Below are positions 1 through 7,437 of a stretch of 14,509 bases of DNA, one piece after another. Under the pieces are notes generated by a model. That model made no database searches, had not been told where the DNA came from, and saw only the letters and a program-made list of their open reading frames with translations. Position numbers and translations under genes: made by a program. Position 1 is the first letter of the stretch, and every line of letters starts with the position of its first letter. Source of the DNA: Candidatus Heimdallarchaeota archaeon (lineage in GTDB: Archaea; Asgardarchaeota; Wukongarchaeia; Wukongarchaeales; JBHIFL01); the NCBI GenBank assembly GCA_046761065.1, contig JBHIFL010000091.1:1-14509 (forward strand), read 5' to 3'.

Positions 1-55
1 CGACAAAAAGCTCATAGGAGGCGAAATTCCCTCCAAGTTACTTTTCCGAGTACTG
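1..55. mobile_element. Candidate terminal inverted repeat/end of an ISH3-like insertion sequence (rest lies off-window)
   Basis: Bases 41-55 read CAGTACTCGGAAAAG on the - strand; ISH3-family ends begin 5'-CAG(TAC). GNAT-like sequence starts abruptly right after it ((T)TC AAT ACT ACT TTG AAT AAG = FNTTLNK). No transposase is visible in the window. Confidence 0.4.
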
Positions 56-66
56 TCAATACTACT

Positions 67-693
67 TTGAATAAGTTAATCATGGAAAGAATATTTGCTG
101 GTGACACCGTGAGGAAGGGTGAAAAAGATATCTCATTATTTATTTCCCCAGATACCTGGGAATCGAAGCTAGATACCATTTTCAAGGGTAGATCTCTATT
201 CAAAGTTGTCCAAAGACATTACATTTGCACCAGAAAAAAGTTTGCTTGGGAAAATCGAGTTCCTGATGGTTCTTCAGTTCATCCTATTGATGAGAGATTT
301 CTAAAGAGAATGGATATGGAAATTCCTGATCATATTATTGATTGGTTGAAAACGAACTGGGTCACCATCGATCATTTTTTGCAGAACGGATTTGGATTTT
401 GTACATTACACGGCAAAAAAACGATCTCATGGTGTATAGCCGATTGTATGAGTGGGAGTGCCTGTGAAGTTGGTATACACACCATATCAAGATATAGAAG
501 GCGTGGGTTCGGAACGCTCACTGTTGCTGCGACTATCGATTACTGCTTATCCCACGGTTTCACAGTGATCGGCTGGCACTGCAATGAAGAGAATCTAAGT
601 TCAGGCAGAGTTGCTGAAAAAGCTGGTTTTGAAAGGGAAAGAGATTACAACTTCTATATTTGCATGTTTGATGACGTTGAAGCAATTCAATAA
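67..693 (+). CDS. GNAT-family acetyltransferase (GNAT_acetyltran type), likely 5'-truncated
   Basis: FLQNGFGFC, ISWCIAD, CEVGIHT, acetyl-CoA motif YRRRGFG, GWHCNEENLSSGRVAEKAGF. Only a TTG start is available and the family's N-terminal part seems missing; GNAT-like sequence begins at about base 56. Confidence 0.85.
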   Translation: MNKLIMERIFAGDTVRKGEKDISLFISPDTWESKLDTIFKGRSLFKVVQRHYICTRKKFAWENRVPDGSSVHPIDERFLKRMDMEIPDHIIDWLKTNWVTIDHFLQNGFGFCTLHGKKTISWCIADCMSGSACEVGIHTISRYRRRGFGTLTVAATIDYCLSHGFTVIGWHCNEENLSSGRVAEKAGFERERDYNFYICMFDDVEAIQ

Positions 694-726
694 CGTCTGT
701 TGCCACCTTAACGTTCGTTTTGCACT

Positions 727-736
727 ATTTATAAAT
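727..736 (+). promoter_or_regulatory. Archaeal TATA-box candidate for the methyltransferase
   Basis: ATTTATAAAT lies about 32 bp upstream of ATG 768, inside an imperfect inverted repeat (707-757). Confidence 0.45.
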
Positions 737-767
737 GAAAAACGTAACCACGTTAAGAGGATTGAAA

Positions 768-1586
768 ATGAGAACAAAGAAGAAGGTAGAAGAAGTTTTT
801 GATCAATTCGCAAAAGGATATTCGACTGGGGCGTTCGCTCCATCCAGATACGATAGACGCGCAGCAATGCGTTTTGCGGATGATATCACATGGCACTTTA
901 TAGTTAAATACTTACCAATTGAGAAATCTACTCTAATCTTGGATGCGGGCGGAGGCGATGGGTATTGGACTCAGAAACTCGTTGAGCTTGGATATCCGAA
1001 TATCATATTAATGGATCTGTCGCAGGGAATGCTAAATGAGGCGAAACGACGCTTTAAAACTATCAAGGAATCTCATAATGTTGAATTTGTCAAGTCTGAC
1101 ATCACTGATATGAAGGAGTTTGAATCTAATTCTTTTGATTATATCTTTTCCCAATACGATGCGATTTCATTATGTTTAGAACCAGCCAAAGCGATGAACG
1201 AATTATCACGTGTTGCTAGGTCTACTGCTTTCATCGTAGTATCATTAGACACTAAATTCACCCGAGTGCCAGATTTGATTCAAGCCGGTTTAATTGATGA
1301 AGCCGAGGATCTTCTCAAAACCAATATATCATATGACTTTGAATTCCCTCAATACAACCTCACATGGGAGGAATTGGTGGACTATTTTGAACAGGCAGGA
1401 TTAGAGGTCATCGAAGTTGTAGGCGCTCCAGTCTTTATGCACCAAGTATCAGAAGAGATTCTTGAAAAACTTGAAGAAAATCCTCAAATTAGAAAACGCC
1501 TTTTAAAGATCGAAATAGATTACTGTACTAATAGATCTCTAGTGAACTTTGCTGGACATTTATTAATGGTTGGGAAGAAACCATAG
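768..1586 (+). CDS. Class I SAM-dependent methyltransferase
   Basis: Motif I ILDAGGGDG, post-I LMDLSQGML, motif II SDITDM...SFDYIF, AMNELSRVA. ATG 768 follows GAGG; alternative start at 735. Confidence 0.9.
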   Translation: MRTKKKVEEVFDQFAKGYSTGAFAPSRYDRRAAMRFADDITWHFIVKYLPIEKSTLILDAGGGDGYWTQKLVELGYPNIILMDLSQGMLNEAKRRFKTIKESHNVEFVKSDITDMKEFESNSFDYIFSQYDAISLCLEPAKAMNELSRVARSTAFIVVSLDTKFTRVPDLIQAGLIDEAEDLLKTNISYDFEFPQYNLTWEELVDYFEQAGLEVIEVVGAPVFMHQVSEEILEKLEENPQIRKRLLKIEIDYCTNRSLVNFAGHLLMVGKKP

Positions 1587-1730
1587 CTTTATGGATCCTC
1601 TTTGCCCGAGTTTATTCAATTTCTGAACTTTAAGTCACTATTTGAAAACATAGAATACTAAGTTAGAAGAACTTTTGATTCATCCGAAATCTTTTTGCCA
1701 ATTTACACAAAACAAATAAAGAGAATCACT

Positions 1731-2108
1731 ATGAGAACTTCATGTTTTGGTTGCCCAAACTACCTATATGATATTGCATTTCACTCACCTGGCCGGGAAG
1801 GCCACTGTTCTATCCATGGTTGGGTGCGATTCTGGTTTCCACCATGTGTAGAAGCCCCATCTGCAGAAGCTCCTTCAGTAGAACCTCAACAGTTACAGAT
1901 CTCCCATGCGTTTTATCATGAAAAAAAAGATGCCATTAAAGCACAGATCAAAGCTTTCGGACTTCGATATCTACCAGCCTATAGTAAAGGAGACAGATCC
2001 AAGTGGGGGTATGGGGGAACCAAAGGCATGATCACTTTCCATCGAGTGGGTGATATTATCACTGTCACAGTAAGCTCGGCTGAGCTTCTCCAAGCGCTTG
2101 AGGTCTAA
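1731..2108 (+). CDS. Hypothetical protein with N-terminal Cys/His (putative Zn-binding) cluster
   Basis: 125-aa ORF filling the gap between genes: CFGC...H...HCSIH...C, then an EAPS linker and a small alpha/beta-like C-terminal part. ATG 1731 preferred over TTG 1695. Confidence 0.6.
   Translation: MRTSCFGCPNYLYDIAFHSPGREGHCSIHGWVRFWFPPCVEAPSAEAPSVEPQQLQISHAFYHEKKDAIKAQIKAFGLRYLPAYSKGDRSKWGYGGTKGMITFHRVGDIITVTVSSAELLQALEV
1851..1886 (+). repeat. Short in-frame 15-bp tandem repeat (about 2.4 units)
   Basis: gaagccccatctgca / gaagctccttcagta / gaacct = EAPSA EAPSV EP. Confidence 0.6.
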
Positions 2109-2216
2109 AAGGCAAGTTTCCCTCCTGCCATACTATTTAGCTCATCTCACTCCCGTTGGTATTTTTTAGCGCTCTAAGAATCATTTTAGAGATTAGACAT
2201 CTAGAATGCGTGTGAA

Positions 2217-3851
2217 CTATTTCGATTTTGGATTTTGGAATTTCTTTCGCTCTTGTTCGCGTAATTCGCGAGCCAGGATTTTACCAACCGCAGTTTTAGG
2301 TAAGCTATCAACAAATTCTACTTCTCGAATGCGTTTGTATGAGGCTATCCTTTCCTTACAGTATTCGATCAGCTCCTCTTTGGTAGGAATGTAGCCTTCT
2401 TTCAAAACTACAAACGCTTTTGGGATCTCACCAGTAAATGCGTCGGGTTTCCCAATTACACAGCACTCTTTGATAGCAGGGTGATTATAAAGAAGATTTT
2501 CTAGTTCAGCAGGAAAAACGCTATAGCCTTTATATTTGATCGTGTTCTTCAAACGATCGACAATGATAAAGTACCCATCTTCATCAATACGTGCTAAGTC
2601 ACCAGTATAGAGCCACCCATTTCGTAACGAGTGGCGAGTCTGGTCTGGATCTTTCCAATAACCCTTCATGACTTGCGGACCATGGACGATGAGTTCACCC
2701 GTTTCTCCAGGGAGGAGTTCTTTTGAACCGGTTTCCATGTCAACGATCTTAGCATCGGTATCCATAATGGGGATCCCAACAGTGCCAGGACGGACAGCAT
2801 CCGATGGGCTGCTAAGAGTTTCCGGGGAAGCTTCTGTGAGACCATAACCTAAAATCATTTTTACTCCAGTTAGGTGTTCCCACTGGCGGCGGATTTCCTC
2901 AGGAATGGGAGCAGCACCGATTTTCACATAACGGAGGGAAGAAAGATCGTATTTCGTGAGTGCAGGATGATTCACGAGTAGGGTAAACAAGGTAGGAGGT
3001 CCATACCAACAGGTCACTTTCTCCATCTGGACGGCGTCCAATGCGATCTCAGGCTTGAAGCGTGTTACAAGTAAAAGGGTGGCACCTACCAGGATGGTAG
3101 AGTTCATATTACAGCAGGCTCCCCACGAATGATAAAGGGGGAGGGTGCCCATCACTACGTCTTCTTTTGTCCAGTTAAACCACTCCGCATTCTGGAATGC
3201 GTTAGCAACGAGGTTGAAATGTGTCAGCATCGATCCCTTGGGCAAGCCAGTTGTTCCGCCAGTATATTGTATCACAGCAGTATCTTCCTGGGGGAAAAAG
3301 TCTATCTGGGGCGGTTGGGCCTTGGAGCTTGCTAATAGTGCCTCAAAGCTCTGCGTTTTCACTGGTTCCTTCGTGGATCCTACAATTAGCACATTTTCCT
3401 CTGAGAAATTGGACAAAGATGGCGCCGCAATTGGATAAAGGGGAGCATGCACCACAAGAGCTGCGGGTTCAATGTTAACAAATATATGATTGAACTCTCC
3501 TTCCCTAACGAGAGGATTTATGGGAGTGACAATAGCCCCGCAACGGAGCACTGCATAGTAACTGATTATGTATTCGGGAATGTTAGGCAGGAATAACAGG
3601 ACTCGATCTCCTTTCTTTACACCTATCGATCCCAACGCCGTAGCTAATTTGTTTACTTGCCGAGTGAGGTTTATATAAGTGATTCGCTGCGAGTTATGAA
3701 TGATTGCTGTTCGTTCAGGATGTTTCTTGGAAGTTTGGATTAAGAATTCCCATAGGGCGATTTTTGGATATTTCAGGGTTCTTGGGATGTCTTTTGGCCA
3801 AACTGTGAACCAAGGTCGCTGGTCGGGTACTGTCCATGTCACTCTACTCAT
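2217..3851 (-). CDS. fadD: Long-chain fatty-acid--CoA ligase (AMP-forming acyl-CoA synthetase, FadD/LcfB-like)
   Basis: A3 YTGGTTGLPKG, A5 GYGLTEASP, GPQVMKGYW, GWLYTGD, IVDRLK, A10 PKTAVGKI; 544 aa. Confidence 0.93.
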   Translation of the reverse strand: MSRVTWTVPDQRPWFTVWPKDIPRTLKYPKIALWEFLIQTSKKHPERTAIIHNSQRITYINLTRQVNKLATALGSIGVKKGDRVLLFLPNIPEYIISYYAVLRCGAIVTPINPLVREGEFNHIFVNIEPAALVVHAPLYPIAAPSLSNFSEENVLIVGSTKEPVKTQSFEALLASSKAQPPQIDFFPQEDTAVIQYTGGTTGLPKGSMLTHFNLVANAFQNAEWFNWTKEDVVMGTLPLYHSWGACCNMNSTILVGATLLLVTRFKPEIALDAVQMEKVTCWYGPPTLFTLLVNHPALTKYDLSSLRYVKIGAAPIPEEIRRQWEHLTGVKMILGYGLTEASPETLSSPSDAVRPGTVGIPIMDTDAKIVDMETGSKELLPGETGELIVHGPQVMKGYWKDPDQTRHSLRNGWLYTGDLARIDEDGYFIIVDRLKNTIKYKGYSVFPAELENLLYNHPAIKECCVIGKPDAFTGEIPKAFVVLKEGYIPTKEELIEYCKERIASYKRIREVEFVDSLPKTAVGKILARELREQERKKFQNPKSK

Positions 3852-3883
3852 TTCTCCTGTTCATTGGTCTTAAATGCACATAC

Positions 3884-3899
3884 TTGATTGGTCAATCAA
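3884..3899. promoter_or_regulatory. Palindromic operator candidate upstream of the acyl-CoA ligase
   Basis: TTGATTG-GT-CAATCAA: perfect 7-bp arms with a 2-bp spacer, 33-48 bp upstream of the fadD ATG. Confidence 0.6.
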
Positions 3900-3989
3900 A
3901 AGAATTGATGTCAAATTCGAATAAAATGAAGGATTGGTCAATTTTATATCATATCAGATACCTCCAAATTGGAGGCCGGATATAAGCAA

Positions 3990-4469
3990 TCATAGCTTAA
4001 CAACTTTTTCAACTATTATTTTTGCGATTTTACGTAAATATTTCCGATCTGTTTCGTCAAAGGCTCTAACTTCGTCGGAGTCTATATCAATTTGGCCGAG
4101 AATCTCCCTATCCTTTTCTAATAGAACGACAATCTCGGATCTTGTCTCCAAGGAGCACGCTAAATAATTTTCCTCCTGGGTCACATCTTCTATGATTTTA
4201 TCCGTATGTTCTGCCACAGCAGACCCACAGACACCCTTGCCTACGGGAATTATTATATGTTCGGTTGGTTTTCCCACATAATAATACAAATAAAGTTCTT
4301 GTTTGACCGGGTTCAATAGATAGATCCCAGTCCAATCGAAATAGGGCATCTTTGAAAGCTGATCTACTACAAATTTATAGATCAAAGCTTCTTCGTGATC
4401 TATTGATAATCCAACACGGATAGCAGCTAATATAGACTCATATAACTGTTCTTTTTCAGCTGTTTCCAT
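3990..4469 (-). CDS. msrC: GAF-domain free methionine-R-sulfoxide reductase (fRMsr/MsrC-like)
   Basis: WTGIY, GKGVCG, NYLACS, RSEIVV, GQIDIDS, FDETD; 159 aa. Confidence 0.85.
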   Translation of the reverse strand: METAEKEQLYESILAAIRVGLSIDHEEALIYKFVVDQLSKMPYFDWTGIYLLNPVKQELYLYYYVGKPTEHIIIPVGKGVCGSAVAEHTDKIIEDVTQEENYLACSLETRSEIVVLLEKDREILGQIDIDSDEVRAFDETDRKYLRKIAKIIVEKVVKL

Positions 4470-4684
4470 GACACATTCTCCAATTATAGCTAATTAGACG
4501 GCATGTAACTTTCTGTGAATATGTTCTGTCAAAAAATTTTTGCTAACACACTAATGATCTAAATCGATGTCGGACTGGTATCTATATACTTTTAGGAAGT
4601 TATTGAAGGTAAAATCACTGTAAATTCCCTAAAATCCTGATAACATCGAAAGATTAGTTCGTAATCCCAATTGGGGCAGTCATT

Positions 4685-5215
4685 ATGACTTCGATCAAGG
4701 CAGTTTTTTTTGACCTCGGAGATACGCTAATTCGAGAGTATCACAAAGGAGAACCGGCTCCAAATGAACCAGTAGTGTTCCCTAATGTTAAAGAAGTTAT
4801 TCAACGATTATCAGATCGCTTTATCCTAGCAATCATCTCAAACACAATAACAGCGGGAAGCCAAAAGCTAAGGGAACTCCTGAAAATGGTTACACTAGAT
4901 TCCTATTTCACAACTGTCCTTGCATCAGCTGAAGAAGGTGTCGCGAAACCAGACCCAGAGATCTATAAAAAGGCCTTAACACGGTTAGGACTGTCAGCCA
5001 ACGAGGCCCTAATGGTTGGAAACCGAATTAGCCGCGATATTCTAGGCGGCAACCGGGCAGGAATTCGCTCGATTCTGATCTGGCATCAAGGAATGGACCA
5101 TCACCCAGACGATAAGATTGCCAGAACGAAGGATGAACGTCCCATAGCCACCGTACATTCGTTCGTCGATTTAGAACAAGTCATCCTGCAGTTTGTTGAG
5201 GAGACGGCTGATTAG
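4685..5215 (+). CDS. HAD-superfamily hydrolase, short/capless
   Basis: Motif I FFDLGDTL, motif II IISNT, motif III KPDPEIY, motif IV variant VGNRISRD; 176 aa. Confidence 0.88.
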   Translation: MTSIKAVFFDLGDTLIREYHKGEPAPNEPVVFPNVKEVIQRLSDRFILAIISNTITAGSQKLRELLKMVTLDSYFTTVLASAEEGVAKPDPEIYKKALTRLGLSANEALMVGNRISRDILGGNRAGIRSILIWHQGMDHHPDDKIARTKDERPIATVHSFVDLEQVILQFVEETAD

Positions 5216-5245
5216 CGTGGTCGATCAAAGGTGAAACTTATATTA

Positions 5246-6100
5246 TTAAGTTAGTTGGCTCGGGAGTTGGAGCTCCGCGACCACCGGAAGGTGATCTGAA
5301 GCTAAGGATGACAGCGTGCCATGTTTGAGAACTATAATCTCCGGATAGACAAAGATATAATCAATCCGTTCCTCCGGCGCCCATGAGGGGGATGTGAGGT
5401 TTCCAAATCTTGAGCCTGTTGGAGCTTTACTGAAAGTATCATCGAAGCTTGTTAGGATGTTCGTTAATATACTGGAGTCGGTTGCGTTTGTGGTATAAGC
5501 ATCGATGTTAAAATCTCCAGCGAAGATCTTTAAGCCGGGAATGGAGGTAACATATGGTAAAACCGTGTTTGCTTCGTACAATCGGTCTACAGGACTCATA
5601 ACAGTTAAATGTACAGCGAACACGGTGAGTTGTTGGCCATTGACAGTTAATGTGGCATTAAGACATGTATTAACTTCATTTGGGCTTTCTAAGAGGATAG
5701 CATCCCAAGCTATTATTGGATATTTGCTTAGAATCGCGTCTCCCTGCCATATATGGTCAGGTGAGGGGACAGTTGCAAAGTACATATTTAATTTCATTGC
5801 GAGCCATCTTACTTGGTCCACCGATCCAGTCATAATACAGCCCGTATCCACCTCTTGGAGAACCAAGATGTCAGGGTCCCATTGGTTAATCGTGTCTACT
5901 ATTGCAGCTATGTTTAACCTGTTATTTACATTGACGCCTTCATGGATATTATAAGTCATCACCCTTAATACGGGTCCGGGACTGGGTTGCGGGACAATCT
6001 TATAGGTAAGAGGGCACCATACGGCAGAGAGGCCAAGGGGGATCACTAGAACAATTAGTACAAGAATCGACTTAACATCTCGGATTTTTGAGCGCTTCAT
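5246..6100 (-). CDS. Membrane-anchored endonuclease/exonuclease/phosphatase (EEP) domain protein, CWH43/PGAP2IP C-terminal-like
   Basis: MTYNIH, LQEVD, AVHL, AGDFN, RIDYIF and SDHLPV motifs. Basic N-terminus MKRSKIRD followed by one hydrophobic helix. ATG at 6100 overlaps the upstream stop (ATGA) and follows GGTGG. Confidence 0.88.
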   Translation of the reverse strand: MKRSKIRDVKSILVLIVLVIPLGLSAVWCPLTYKIVPQPSPGPVLRVMTYNIHEGVNVNNRLNIAAIVDTINQWDPDILVLQEVDTGCIMTGSVDQVRWLAMKLNMYFATVPSPDHIWQGDAILSKYPIIAWDAILLESPNEVNTCLNATLTVNGQQLTVFAVHLTVMSPVDRLYEANTVLPYVTSIPGLKIFAGDFNIDAYTTNATDSSILTNILTSFDDTFSKAPTGSRFGNLTSPSWAPEERIDYIFVYPEIIVLKHGTLSSLASDHLPVVAELQLPSQLT

Positions 6101-7320
6101 CTTTCCACACCACCTGCCTTGAGTGAAGCGAGGGTTGACGTTATGCACAGTATTGCAGTAACGCTCAGTAGTACAAGGGGCACTTGCCCTTCAAAGATCG
6201 CTCCAAAATACGCGAAAGTAAAGGTAAATGCGAACATGAAGTCCCAGAATAGAAGTATGAGAAGTCCTAAGAAGAATGCTGTTGCAAGAACCGATTCCCG
6301 CTTCCACAGAAACTTGCTGTGAACGGCGTATTTGATAATGGTATATAGGTTTAGAATAATAAAGAATTGCGCTATAAGGGTCAATATAACTGAGAACCAT
6401 GTCCCAACAAGAAGTAAGCAAGTGATTGATGCTAATACTATGATGTTTCCAACCAAGAGAAAACTCCATTTATCAACAGGCGTATACATATGTAGCTTAG
6501 AATAAACAAGTGGTAAGACTGCAATTGTTATCATAAGGATCAAAAGTGGGGTGAAGAGTGCTAATTCTACCAAACTGTAATTTGATTGTGCCCATCTTAA
6601 GATATTATGTGGATTAGCGAGCAATCCGAGTTCAAGGAAGAGTAAGGCGCCAATCCCAGAAAAAATTAAAACTCCATTTAATCTTGAAGCGGATTCTACT
6701 CCATTCGCATCAGAAGAGGGTCCATTTCCTTTTAGGTCTCCAAGACGATAACTTCTCACCCCTAATGCAATTAAAATCACCGTTAACGCAAATTGCGCAG
6801 GGAAATAGCCTTTCGTTCTTGACACATCATAGGTTCCATTAATTGCTCGAATCAATATATCATAACTAATTGCAAAGGCGAAACTCATAGTATAGATCCG
6901 AGCATCCAGTTCTCGGTTTGTTGCTGATTGAATCTTGCTCTTAAGCGACAAGTAGAATGGGAAAAACAATGAATAGAAACCAACGACAAGGGAGGACGCT
7001 AGGAATTCATGAACATAAGGTAGCTCTAAGCTAATAATAAGAGCAATTGTGGAAGTCAAGATAACTGAGGCAAGCACAATGTTTTGTGTATTTATCTTCT
7101 TTCCAACTATAAGACCTAGGAGTGGAGTAGTAAAGACCAGCATAGTTGATAAAGAACCCATCGGATAACCGGGTATCCAAACAATATTCCATACAGCTAT
7201 GTAAAGGTCAATTACATAAGTTCTGAAACCTTGGAAGAAGAATAGAGTCATCAGAAAAGGTACTAGTAGCCTTAATGCCATTTCTTCAAACGTTAATTGC
7301 TCACTCGATAATTTGCTCAC
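6097..7320 (-). CDS. Polytopic membrane protein (about 11-12 TM segments), partner of the downstream EEP protein
   Basis: 407 aa of successive hydrophobic helices. GTG start preceded by GAGGAG. Its TGA overlaps the EEP ATG. Confidence 0.85.
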   Translation of the reverse strand: MSKLSSEQLTFEEMALRLLVPFLMTLFFFQGFRTYVIDLYIAVWNIVWIPGYPMGSLSTMLVFTTPLLGLIVGKKINTQNIVLASVILTSTIALIISLELPYVHEFLASSLVVGFYSLFFPFYLSLKSKIQSATNRELDARIYTMSFAFAISYDILIRAINGTYDVSRTKGYFPAQFALTVILIALGVRSYRLGDLKGNGPSSDANGVESASRLNGVLIFSGIGALLFLELGLLANPHNILRWAQSNYSLVELALFTPLLILMITIAVLPLVYSKLHMYTPVDKWSFLLVGNIIVLASITCLLLVGTWFSVILTLIAQFFIILNLYTIIKYAVHSKFLWKRESVLATAFFLGLLILLFWDFMFAFTFTFAYFGAIFEGQVPLVLLSVTAILCITSTLASLKAGGVER

Positions 7321-7437
7321 TCGTTAACACACTCCTCTTCGCTCCTTTTTCTCGGAATCTGAAACCATATTATTGCGAAACAGCTAATTTAATGTTATTA
7401 TAGCTTTCCCCTTAGAAAATAGAGTAATTTGACCAGT

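Noticed and set aside
2172-2191. CTCTAA...TTAGAG inverted repeat between convergent genes
   Set aside because: A weak 6-bp AT-rich stem that cannot be distinguished from background.
6097-6148. Membrane/EEP junction as a frameshifted pseudogene, or EEP start at 6148
   Set aside because: A clean ATGA overlap with GGTGG upstream and an intact catalytic set favour two coupled genes starting at 6100. An indel cannot be fully excluded without reads.
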